A stretch of DNA of 64,000 nt, taken from NCBI RefSeq assembly GCF_037042905.1, contig NC_087252.1:25794001-25858000 (forward strand). Direction: 5' to 3'. The notes beneath the pieces are model-generated. The model was not told the DNA's origin and made no database searches. It saw only the letters and a program-made list of their open reading frames with translations. Made by a program: the position numbers and the translations under genes. Source of the DNA: Lytechinus pictus (lineage: Eukaryota). Each line of letters starts with the position of its first letter. Within the stretch, counting starts at the first letter, position 1. Below are positions 26,008-37,738 of the stretch, in pieces.

Positions 26008-28732
26008 TGATCTTATGATTTTCATTACAGATCGATCATACTGATCTTAAGCAAATAGGAGTACTGCCGAAAATTTGTTAACAAATTATAATTTCCTCCT
26101 ATAAAAAAAGCCTCTTAATTTACTATCTATTGTCCACGGCGGACGGCATTTGAATATTAATGAGTCAGAAAGAAGAGGATCGAGGGTATTTGAATTCTAG
26201 TTCATCGTGGCTTAGCCGTGAACCAGAATAGCCTGGTGGTTGAGTCGCTGCCCGGAAAGCAGTAGATGGCAGGTTCGAATCCCACTGGTTCCAAACTTTT
26301 CTGACTTATGATCTTATGATTTTCATTACAGATCGAGCATACTGATCTTATGATTTTCATTACAGATCGATCATACTGATCTTAAGCAAATAGGAGTACT
26401 GCCGAAAATTTGTTAACAAATTATAATTTCCTCCTATAAAAAAAGCCTCTTAATTTACTATCTATTGTCCACGGCGGACGGCATTTGAATATTAATGAGT
26501 CAGAAAGAAGAGGATCGAGGGTATTTGAATTCTAGTTCATCGTGGCTTAGCCGTGAACCAGAATAGCCTGGTGGTTGAGTCGCTGCCCGGAAAGCACTAG
26601 ATGGCAGGTTCGAATCCCACTGGTTCCAATTTTTTCTGACTTATGATCTTATGATTTTCATTACAGATCGAGCATACTGATCTTATGATTTTCATTACAG
26701 ATCGATCATACTGATCTTAAGCAAATAGGAGTACTGCCGAAAATTTGTTAACAAATTATAATTTCCTCCTATAAAAAAGCCTCTTAATTTACTATCTATT
26801 GTCCACGGCGGACGGCATTTGAATATTAATGAGTCAGAAAGAAGAGGATCGAGGGTATTTGAATTCTAGTTCATCGTGGCTTAGCCGTGAACCAGAATAG
26901 CCTGGTGGTTGAGTCGCTGCCCGGAAAGCAGTAGATGGCAGGTTCGAATCCCACTGGTTCCAATTTTTTCTGACTTATGATCTTATGATTTTCATTACAG
27001 ATCGAGCATACTGATCTTATGATTTTCATTACAGATCGATCATACTGATCTTAAGCAAATAGGAGTACTGCCGAAAATTTGTTAACAAATTATAATTTCC
27101 TCCTATAAAAAAAAGCCTCTTAATTTACTATCTATTGTCCACGGCGGACGGCATTTGAATATTAATGAGTCAGAAAGAAGAGGATCGAGGGTATTTGAAT
27201 TCTAGTTCTTCGTGGCTTAGCCGTGAACCAGAATAGCCTGGTGGTTGAGTCGCTGCCCGGAAAGCAGTAGATGGCAGGTTCGAATCCCACTGGTTCCAAT
27301 TTTTTCTGACTTATGATCTTATGATTTTCATTACAGATCGAGCATACTGATCTTATGATTTTCATTACAGATCGATCATACTGATCTTAAGCAAATAGGA
27401 GTACTGCCGAAAATTTGTTAACAAATTATAATTTCCTCCTATAAAAAAAAAGCCTCTTAATTTACTATCTATTGTCCACGGCGGACGGCATTTGAATATT
27501 AATGAGTCAGAAAGAAGAGGATCGAGGGTATTTGAATTCTAGTTCTTCGTGGCTTAGCCGTGAACCAGAATAGCCTGGTGGTTGAGTCGCTGCCCGGAAA
27601 GCAGTAGATGGCAGGTTCGAATCCCACTGGTTCCAATTTTTTCTGACTTATGATCTTATGATTTTCATTACAGATCGAGCATACTGATCTTATGATTTTC
27701 ATTACAGATCGATCATACTGATCTTAAGCAAATAGGAGTACTGCCGAAAATTTGTTAACAAATTATAATTTCCTCCTATAAAAAAAAGCCTCTTAATTTA
27801 CTATCTATTGTCCACGGCGGACGGCATTTGAATATTAATGAGTCAGAAAGAAGAGGATCGAGGGTATTTGAATTCTAGTTCATCGTGGCTTAGCCGTGAA
27901 CCAGAATAGCCTGGTGGTTGAGTCGCTGCCCGGAAAGCAGTAGATGGCAGGTTCGAATCCCACTGGTTCCAATTTTTTCTGACTTATGATCTTATGATTT
28001 TCATTACAGATCGAGCATACTGATCTTATGATTTTCATTACAGATCGATCATACTGATCTTAAGCAAATAGGAGTACTGCCGAAAATTTGTTAACAAATT
28101 ATAATTTCCTCCTATAAAAAAGCCTCTTAATTTACTATCTATTGTCCACGGCGGACGGCATTTGAATATTAATGAGTCAGAAAGAAGAGAATCGAGGGTA
28201 TTTAAATTCTAGTTCATCGTGGCTTAGCCGTGAACCAGAATAGCCTGGTGGTTGAGTCGCTGCCCGGAAAGCAGTAGATGGCAGGTTCGAATCCCACTGG
28301 TTCCAATTTTTTCTGACTTATGATCTTATGATTTTCATTACAGATCGAGCATACTGATCTTATGATTTTCATTACAGATCGATCATACTGATCTTAAGCA
28401 AATAGGAGTACTGCCGAAAATTTGTTAACAAATTATAATGTCCTCCTATAAAAAAAGCCTCTTAATTTACTATCTATTGTCCACGGCGGACGGCATTTGA
28501 ATATTAATGAGTCAGAAAGAAGAGGATCGAGGGTATTTGAATTCTAGTTCATCGTGGCTTAGCCGTAAACCAGAATAGCCTGGTGGTTGAGTCGCTGCCC
28601 GGAAAGCAGTAGATGGCAGGTTCGAATCCCACTGGTTCCATTTTTTTCTGACTTATGATCTTATGATTTTCATTACAGATCGAGCATACTGTTCTTAAGC
28701 AAATAGGAGTACTGCCGAAAATTTGTTAACAA
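26008..28732 (+). repeat. 8 x 334-337-bp tandem array, each unit containing a tRNA-like Pol III cassette
   Basis: tRNA-like segments start at 26220, 26555, 26889, 27225, 27562, 27898, 28232 and 28567. Units differ mainly in A-run length. An inverted copy of the unit end sits at 25966-26007. Confidence 0.97.
26220..26293 (+). ncRNA. tRNA-like sequence (first of 8 copies), not a canonical tRNA
   Basis: GAACCAG/CTGGTTC terminal stem, A box TAGCCTGGTGG, stem-loop GCTGC-CCGGAAA-GCAGT, B box GGTTCGAATCC, then CCA and a T-run (T6 in most copies). The T-stem is mismatched and the loop lacks U33. Confidence 0.6.
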
Positions 28733-29797
28733 GCTCCATTATGTAGTTATCTCATAGATTAGGCAATGAGAGCACGAAGCGTGAGCGAAAATTGTATGTT
28801 GTGACATGAAAAATATTTTCCCCTCATCTTATTTATTCATTCGTCTTTCTCCTCTTATTTTTCTCTTCTCTCTTCCCTTCTTTTGCTCTTTCCTTTCTTT
28901 CCTTTTTTTTTGCTCCCTCCGAAAAAGTGTATGGGGGGCATTTAATATTGTGCCACCCCCTTTCCAAAAGTGAGGGCACGCGTCCCCTGTCCCCCGAGAT
29001 TTCAAACCATGGATGAAATTTTATTTGAAAGAAAAGAAATCCTATATAGTCTTTGTAGTCGAAAAGTGTGTAAGAATAACATATTTTGATGACGGATTTC
29101 GTTATTCTCGCCTGCTCCCGACTCGGACATAATAGCAAAATCAGGGTTTCTTAGAAAAACCACCCCTAACCCCCAAATTGTACCCCTAAATTTATAGAAA
29201 ATATATGACCGATATTTTTTTTCTCGGAGTATTCGCAGGTTGCTTGAAAGTTATCCTAATTGTCCTTGTCCTTGAATTTACCACTCGTGACGTTGTCCTA
29301 AATTCGTCCGGTTCTGTCCTAATACGATCTGCATGCTGTCCGCGCCAAACGCCGAAAAAAACTATTCAGATAATCCTGTCCTAGGACATTCCAGGACAAT
29401 ACACAGACAGTCCTGTTCGTGTCCTGGGACAAGATCATTTGCATGATTTTTTACGGAATTTGGTTGCGGACAGCATGCCGAAATGACAAAAGTTGCTTCT
29501 GCAACCCTTTTTGGTCTTGTCCGCGCGCCCCAGTGGAAAACCGCCTTAAGTAAAACATCATTTAGGCGCCACCTATGTCGAATATGAATTCGTCCCCCCC
29601 CCCCATAGTTCGAACATTAATTTTCTTCTCTCTTTCTTTCCCTTTTTTCTTTCTCTTCTTCTTTCCCTCCTTTTTTATCCTCTTTTCTTTTCCTCACTTT
29701 TCTTCTTTCGGGGCCCAGGCTCCGAAAGCCCCCCCCCCCCCCCCCCCGCCGAATACGCGCATGGCACTCTAATGTCACATCTAGCCAGGTTACTCAC

Positions 29798-29806
29798 CAG
29801 GTTCTG
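29798..29806 (-). CDS. Candidate 6- or 9-nt microexon of the Ig-domain gene
   Basis: Minus strand reads pyrimidine tract-TTTTCTATT-AAG-CAG-AACCTG|GTGAGT: a NAGNAG acceptor and a consensus donor, frame-preserving in phase 1, ~120 nt after the Ig exon. Confidence 0.5.
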
Positions 29807-29926
29807 CTTAATAGAAAAACACAGAACAAGCATGACAGGAAAATAAGCATGACATTTATTTGCATTTTAGTGAGGTAGCATTTTGTGGAAGAGCGCAAAT
29901 AGTGTATTAATGAAATTTAGCATTAC

Positions 29927-30331
29927 CAATTATCACTGTAAGGTTACCGGGCCTCCTTTCCGTCATCGTATCGGTAATTGTTGCTCGTGTCACGGGCGGA
30001 ATCAGAGTAGATGATTCATCCAACATGACCAATACCGTTGCAGTTCTCCGTTCTCTTGACCCAGGAACATCTGACGCAACACATGTGTATGAGGTTTCAC
30101 TTGGGCCAGCTTCGATGGAAATCGACTTGTTTTTCGTCGAATCAACATTAGTCCGTTCCACCGGGTTTACGGAAGTCATCTTCTTAGAACCATGCAGGAA
30201 AAGAAGTTCTATATGGGGATAATAATTCGTCACTGAGCAGGTTAAGGTAACAGTTTGGTTGGCAAGAACGTGACAAGACCCCAATTTGCTGAGACATCCA
30301 TCAATGACTGGATAAGGCTCTTTCGGAGGAG
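29927..30331 (-). CDS. Internal exon encoding an immunoglobulin-like domain plus Ser/Thr/Pro-rich stalk
   Basis: 405-nt open exon between a TTTTAG acceptor and a G|GTAATG donor, phase 1-1. Encodes PPKEPYPVIDGC...VTLTCSVTNYYP...SYTCVAS with Ig B- and F-strand cysteines. Confidence 0.82.
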
Positions 30332-31252
30332 CTAAAAGATAAAAAAAAATGCATGCACTATTAAGGTGGAATTGTGATTCCATCTCGTATCATATAGGTA
30401 ATTGTTATAAATTGGTAATTGTTATGAATTATGTTTGATTTGTATTTGCTTATAATGTTGACAATGGAAATGGAAAATAAAGCTTGAAACTTGAAACTAT
30501 AGTAATTCATGAGATAAATTTGCATTTTACCTTTTACTTAATTGAACACGTCTATTTAGAAGTTTAGGCAAAGAAAGGCAAATAAATTGAACCAAGGGCA
30601 GCATGGGTATGGTATATCAATCGAGCATTGGGGAAGCAAACTACTGGCCCTTTCCTTACAAATTTTAGTGATGATTACAAATCAACAAAAGCAATATATC
30701 AACGACAAAGGTTATATGAACATGAATTATGAAATATACGTAATATTCCCACACATATACGGGTTCTGTCGAGATCGGTCCACTTTGGCAAAAGCACGAA
30801 GAGGGACTATGCGCGACAAAAACACACGAAGGATAAACGAACGATTACCGCAGACTAAATAAGAGATGCGAATTCAAACAGATGACCAACGATTTTTCAA
30901 TTCGTCTGGAAATATTAAAGTAAATTTCCGCGCGAATTTGAATAATCGCAGCTGTTAGTTCAGAAGGTTACTCGAACAAAAAAGTGGTAGGGGTGTGCCG
31001 CGGACGAGACAAAAAACGGGGGCCTTGGAGCGGGCTTATTGTAAAAAGGAGGGTCCTCGGAACGGGCTTCGGAACTACAGTTTGTGAGAAAGGGGGTCCT
31101 TGGAACGGATCGGCAGCGTGTGAGTGCGTATGCATCCCTACGTAACGGGCATGTATGCAGCTAGCCCGGTGGCACGGCCCCCGAGTAGTATAGTGTCGAA
31201 AATCTGTCTATCTGACGATCAATCGGATCGGGGTCGCCCTAGCCACTAAACC

Positions 31253-31324
31253 GTCTCTGTGGTCTAGTGGTTAATGCACCGGCGTTCAAAGTTAGGGGCC
31301 CGGGTTCGATTCCCGGCGGAGACA
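31253..31324 (+). pseudogene. tRNA-derived sequence (tRNA-Glu-like body, TCA in anticodon loop), probably a SINE-like head
   Basis: Acceptor GTCTCTG/CGGAGAC, A box TGGTCTAGTGG, perfect T arm CCGGG-TTCGATT-CCCGG, then a T6 run. D and anticodon stems are weak. A (TA)n run follows ~90 bp later. Confidence 0.55.
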
Positions 31325-31418
31325 TTTTTTCGGCATCACCAATTTTTCCAAAGGGTAGATAGCTCTGGGGAACCTGGATTTAAGCTACGGCTACCAATAT
31401 TCTCTTCATCCATTTCTT

Positions 31419-31457
<39 letters not shown>

Positions 31458-34400
31458 TATATATATATATACATATATATACACACAACAAAAAAAGTAA
31501 GTCCTCCCTTGAACAAACATCAATAATTTCCGAACCAATGCGAGTTTTTAATATATTTTTACATGAGCGTGTAGGTAATTTTATAAGCCACCCTCTGAGT
31601 AAATGTTATGGACATATTTTACCTTGCTTTAGTGAGCACCGTCAGAAGGCAAAAATGTCACTTTTCAAAAGTCACAAGCCAAATATCATGACTTTGATTC
31701 CATTTTATTGAAACTAATTCCACATTCTCATCATAATAAATGGTCAGAAGGCTTGTAAAAGGTATTTTCTAAAAGACGATACAACTTTTTTGGCTAAATT
31801 TCACGGTTGAATAATCACAAGTCCAAATTTGCTATAATTTGATTTTTTTAACACATTTTTTATCAATAAAAATGATAGAATATGATGACAGTTATTTTTG
31901 GGAAGAGTATCTTCAACAATATCCATCGTTTCACGGTTCAATGAAAATTTATTCAAAACAAAAACTCCGATCAATCAATTTTTTCGTTATGTTCAAAGGC
32001 GTTTAATTAAACATTCACGCTTGAATGAACATGTGGAATGTGATTAGCTCTTTTTTACGTTATTAGAAAAAATGCAATTTGTAACTATGGATATCTGTCA
32101 CAAACCTCCTTGCATGGTTCATTTGATTTGATTTTTATGAAAATCCCGATGTTCAGTGAGCACACAATATTCGAAAATTATGCAAATTAGAAGAAAGTTC
32201 AAGGCCTTGGTCCCACTCTGTCCCGTATCGAATGGTTATTTTGGTGTGCGCACCTTTTGGACAGTGTTACTCTGAAGCCATGTGCGAAGTTTCATGAAAT
32301 AACTGTTGGCAGAAGTAACAAAAACCATCCATGAAACAAACTCTCATTTCATAATTGTTTATAATTTTGACTTCCTCTCTCATAGACTTGTGTACATTAT
32401 GGGTGCATATGTTTAAGAATAAGTAACCCCTTATTCAATATGGTGGAACTTTTTTTCAAGGCTGTCTTCAGCAATGTCATTTGGCAGTAATGTTTATCAA
32501 CCTATGGGCATAATTATGTGCAAAAAAGAAATCAATTTATTTATTTATGGATGAATGGGCACGCATCGAAGTGGGAAAATGGGCATTTTCAATGTCACAG
32601 ACTGATTTTAAAGGGTAATAAGGTGAATATTTGAGGCAAATTTGGTTTCAAATGTGATTTTAATTGCTGTTGTTTTTATAATCCGTCATTTCTATTACCA
32701 CACACTTTCCAAACTTTTGACATTTTCATGGTTGAGCGAGCACATTCGAAAACTTAGGAATAAATACTCTTTATACTGCATAAATGTACAGTATTATTTT
32801 CCTAACAATTTCTCATGATCAGTTTAATTTATGGACAAATCAGTGGTTGATCCATATATTAAAATGGGGGAGGGGCCTATAATCGGGGGAGCCACCAGCA
32901 TTTTCAAATTTTAACATGTTCTAACAAGTTGTAGAGGATACTACCCAAAACCCCTATGATGATACGTCACAATACAGGGGCCGCGGAACGGTTTTCAAAG
33001 TGTGGGGGGAGGGCTGAGCCAAAAATGTGGGGGGCTGACCATGCAAAAAAAAATCACAATTGTATGGTCGTTTTTACATTTTTGTACATGCTATTGGAAA
33101 AAAAAAAGTGCCCCCTGTTGCACCCACAAATGTAATAACACTTTACCCACAAATGTAATAACGCCCACAAATGTAATAACACTTTACCCACAAATGTAAT
33201 AATTTCACCCAAAATGTAATAATGCACTTTACTCACAAATGTAATAATTTTTGATCGCCCACAAATGTAATATTGACTTTACCCACAAATGTAATAAATT
33301 TGAAGGGATTTTTGGCGAATCCGTTCTAAACTAAAATCCTGTAGTAATGCGTTCATATAGCCATGGACCTATTGTAATGTAGGTCCATGATATAACACAA
33401 AAGTACAAAGTCTTTTTTCCAGACCCGGTTGTTAAAAAAATATAACATGAGTCCAAAGTCTTTTTTCCAGACCCGGTTATTTAAAAAATTATAATATAAG
33501 TCCAAAGTCTTTTTTTCCAGACCCTGCTATTTCAAAAATTATAATATAAGTCCAAACTAAGATACGATAATGATATTCCAATGGAATAAAATGAGAATCG
33601 AGCTTAGTCTTTTCTCCAGACCCAATTAATTAAAACTTGTGGAATTAATGTCTTTGTCATTGTTTTAACTTATACGGCGCGTATTGTAAAAAGTATGCGC
33701 TAAGTCTTTTTTTCCAGACCCGGTTATTTCAAAAATTATAATATAAGTCCAAAGTCTTTTTTCTCCAGACCCAGTTACTTAAAACTAAAACCCTATAGTA
33801 ATGCGTTCATATAGTACAAAAGTGCAGTCTTTTTTCCAAACCCGGTTAATTCAAAAATTATAATATAAATCCAAAGTCTTTTTTCCAGACCCGGTTGTTT
33901 CAAAAATCATAATACAAGTCCATAGTCTTTTTCCAGACCCGGTTATTTCAAAAATTATAATATAAGTCCAAACTAAGATACGATAATGATATTCCAGTGG
34001 AATAAAATTGAGAACCGAGCTTAGACTTTTCTCAGACCCAGTTAATTAAAACTGGTGGAATAAATGTCTTTGTTGTTGTTTCAACTTATACAGCGCGTAT
34101 TGTGAATATATGCGCTAAGAGTAAATTCAGAACCAAGCATAGTCTTTTCTCCAGACCCAGTTACTTAAAACTAAAAACTAAAACCCTATAGTAATGCATT
34201 CATATAGCACAAAAGTGCAAAGTCTTTTTTTTTAGACCCGGTTAATTCAAAAATTATAATATAAGTCCAAAGTCTTTTTTCCAGACCCGGTTGTTTCAAA
34301 ATTTAGAATACAAGTCCATTGTCTTTTTCCAGACCCGGTTATTTAAAAAAATTATAATATAAGTCCAAACTAAGATACGATAATGATATTCCAGTGGAAT

Positions 34401-36210
34401 AAAATTGAGAATCGAGCTTAGACTTTTCTCCAGACCCAGTTAATTAAAACTGGTGGAATAAATGTCTTTGTTGTTGTTTCAACTTATACAGCGCGTATTG
34501 TGAATATATGCACTAAGAGTAAATTCAGAACCAAGCATAGTCTTTTCTCCAGACCCAGTTACTTAAAACTAAAAACTAAAACCCTATAGTAATGTGTTCA
34601 TATAGCATAAAAGTGCAGAGTCTTTTTTCCAGACCCGGTTAATTCAAAAATTATAATATAATTAAAGTGTTTTTTCCAGACCCGGTTGATTAAAAAAATT
34701 AGAATATAAGTCCAAATCCTTTTTTCCAGACCCGGTTGTTTCAAAAATTATAATATAAATCCAAAGTCTTATCCAGACCCGGTTGTTTCAAAAATTATAA
34801 TATAAGTCCAAAGTCTTTTTTCTAGACCCGGTTATTTAAAAAATTATAATATAAGTCCAAACTAAGATACCATAATGATATTCCAGTGGAATCAAAATGA
34901 AAATCGAGCTTAGTCTTTTCTCCAAACCCTGTTATTCCAAAATTATAAATAACAATACAACAACAAAAACAGTATAAAGACCCCATAATCTTATTAATGC
35001 TGGATAACATGGACATATAGCGTAGTCTTTCAGCCAGACCCAGTTATTTTTCTTTTCAAAATAATGCAAATAGTAATAAAAAAAAATTAAAATCTAAGAT
35101 CAAACAATCCTTCAACCTAAGATCCTGTTTTAAAAAGAGGTTAAGAGCGTTGTCTTTATTCCAGACCTAATCATTAAAAAAATTACAAAAAAATATTCTA
35201 ACGTACAAAGACCCTATCATATTCTTATTCTCGTGGAATAACACGAGTTTTAAAACGTACTCTTTCCTCAGACCCGGTTATTTTTAAAATGAATTTAAAA
35301 AAACATCAAATCTAAGACCAATTTTCAAAAGTTACACCAAGTAAAAAAATATGTATTTACCCCACACCCATTTTTTTTAATAATACTAAGACTCCTACAA
35401 AACATTGTAATAATGCATGGGTAAACCAAACATCTTTTCTCCAGACTTGGTTTTTATTTGAAAAAAAGTATAATAGTTTTTACAAATATTCTAAAACGAA
35501 TACCCAATAATCTAATTACTGTGGAATAACGTGAAGATCGATTGTAGAATTTCCTCCAGACACAGTTATTTCAAGAATAAAAAAGCAATAAAAAACCCAA
35601 CCCCCAACAACGAATATAAGAACCAACAATCCTCCAAATTAAGACCATGTAGAAAAGCACATGTTTAGAGCGTTGTCTTTATTCCAGACCCAGTAATTTA
35701 AAAATAATTTAACCAATCTTAAAAACTTTGTCATATTCCTATTCCTGTGGAATAACACGAGTATTATGCTTAGTCTTTCGTCTAAACCCGGTTATTTAAA
35801 AGATAAACAAATATTGAAAACAAATCAAAGCTAAATTAAGACCAATTTTCAAAATTAAACCCAGTTAAAATGCTTGGGTTTAGAGTGTTGTCTCTACACC
35901 ACACCCAGTTCTCTTAAGAATACAAATTAAGCGAACCATTAATCTTAAAACTTAGACCCCAGCATCTTCCAAACTATAAAATCCATGTGATAACGCATAC
36001 CACAAAGACGACAAATTAATCATAGGTGTAAATGATGCGCGCCTTAAAACCCAAGATAACAACAAAAACAACGTTATTCTACATCAATGATATTGTGGGG
36101 TCTTTGCTGATACTGTTTGTTCGTTTTTATTGTTTCTTATAATGTCCTATTTTGAAATAACTGGGTCTGGAGCAAAGACTACACCATTGTAGTGACATAA
36201 CTAGCCCATA

Positions 36211-36393
36211 ACTGGGCGTTGTGGCGTGCGCCTGTAATCCAAGCTGTGGGGAAGTTACAAATTGATGCAGAGGTTCGAGGTTCGAGCCCTGGTCACGTCT
36301 TTCGGATGGTGACGTTAAATGTCGGTCCCAGACGTAAATAATCATATCTGATTGATACACGTCTGACAAAACTCAAATACACACACACACACA
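36211..36393 (+). mobile_element. 7SL(SRP)-RNA-headed SINE, copy 1
   Basis: Head ACTGGGCGTTGTGGCGTGCGCCTGTAATCCAAGCT resembles the 7SL/Alu 5' end. B-box-like GGTTCGAG, two 3' hairpins and a (CA)n tail. CATTGTAGTGA is repeated at 36185-95 and 36392-402 (probable TSD). Confidence 0.85.
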
Positions 36394-36674
36394 TTGTAGT
36401 GAGATTGACTCGAGAGATTGCCGCGAGAGATTGCCGCGGACGGACGTGTTGCGAATTTTTCGCTCGCTCGATATTTTGCTTTATCTTTGGAATTTTGCCT
36501 ATCTTTGGATTTTTGCCTATATATATGGATTTATATTATCTGGAATAGGGACCATTCTAGCTATATTTGCTATACTTCGAACATAAAACTGGTAAGCAAA
36601 CATTTTGGGCTTTAGTTTTATACACGACTAATACAGCACTTGTTTGATTTTCAAATTTCCCGCCAAATTGGCAC

Positions 36675-37472
36675 ATGCCAATAATGGCGGCAAAGTATCC
36701 ACATCCTCTTTTTAGGGGAGAATCTGAATCGGGTACCCCTTACACAGATCATGAAGGCGAATTTCAAACAGTAGAAACGTCTAGACGAAAGAAAAAACGT
36801 AAAACTAGAGAAGGAAGTGTCAGTGTAGAAAACGTATCTATCAGGACTGGCTCGTCGGGTGAGTCTGACAATGAGTTCCAATTCCGCACCCCATCTGCAA
36901 AAACAAGAAACCAAAACCTGAAAGTTTTCATTGTACCAATAGATCGTGATAAATCATTAAAAAACGTTAGCCTATCAGTTGCCATTAGAGCTATCGAAAA
37001 TTGCACAGGCCTTTCTCCCGAATACATAAAGTCTCATAGAAACGGAATTTTCGTGAAATGCCAAAATATCAAACAGTACAAACGAATCCAGGAAATTCAA
37101 TCTATTGGAAATATCCCAGTAAAAATAAACAATCGTCCAAACCTGCAAAAGGGAGTAATTTCAGGAGTACCAACCGAAATGACAGACCAGGAAATAACAG
37201 CAGAATTAAAAAGTCAAAGAGTTGTGAACGCCAAAAGAATATTGAGAAAAAATCCCAGAAAACAAGAGGTCGATATGGAAACACAGGGTGGACCTATTAC
37301 TTCCCCGACACGTAGTGTTATTTTATTCTTTGACACACAGTCTCTCCCAAAAGAAATATCAATGTGTTTTCAAAGAATGGAGGTTAGGGTGTTTATCCCC
37401 CCCCCCCCCTGTCAGCAGATGCTTCAACTGCCAAAAAATTGGACATACGGCAAATACATGCCGTGAAAAACG
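36675..37472 (+). pseudogene. LINE ORF1 (gag-like, CCHC zinc knuckle), N-terminal part
   Basis: KGVISGVP...SVILFF...RVFIPPP, then RCFNCQKIGHTANTC after a frameshift in a poly-C run. Cut by the microsatellite at 37473. The C-terminal part resumes at 41314-41544 (…FFAKLL…FIRTAAEQLPAQAS*). Confidence 0.85.
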
Positions 37473-37522
37473 ATAGAGAGATAGAAAGAAAGATAGATAG
37501 TTAGATAAATATATCATGTAGG

Positions 37523-37582
<60 letters not shown>

Positions 37583-37686
37583 CAGACAGATATATAGATA
37601 GAGAGAGAGAGAGAGAAAGAGCGAGAGACAGACAAATAGATTGATAAAGAAAGATAGACATTTTAAAACAGATATATATTAGAGAA

Positions 37687-37738
<52 letters not shown>

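Larger units (their letters stand above)
21403..29546. mobile_element. Non-autonomous PIF/Harbinger-like element (8.1 kb with nested cargo)
   Basis: Imperfect TIRs TACCCCTTTTCCACTAG / CAGTGGAAAACCGCCT, TAA duplicated on both sides (21400-02, 29547-49). Splits a 30-bp tandem array. Confidence 0.7.

Noticed and set aside
26040..26100. Canonical hammerhead ribozyme in the array unit
   Set aside because: GAAA-palindrome-UA is present, but I could not find CUGANGA with a matching stem II on either strand.
26008..28732. CRISPR array or functional tRNA-Ser(GGA) gene cluster
   Set aside because: Whole units are repeated with no unique spacers and no cas genes. The cloverleaf has a mismatched T-stem, no U33, extra bases before the A box and no long variable arm.
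36211..36260. Human Alu contamination or a genuine 7SL gene
   Set aside because: Only ~45 nt are 7SL-like. The body is neither Alu nor the SRP S domain, and the copies are embedded in, and interrupted by, native repeats.
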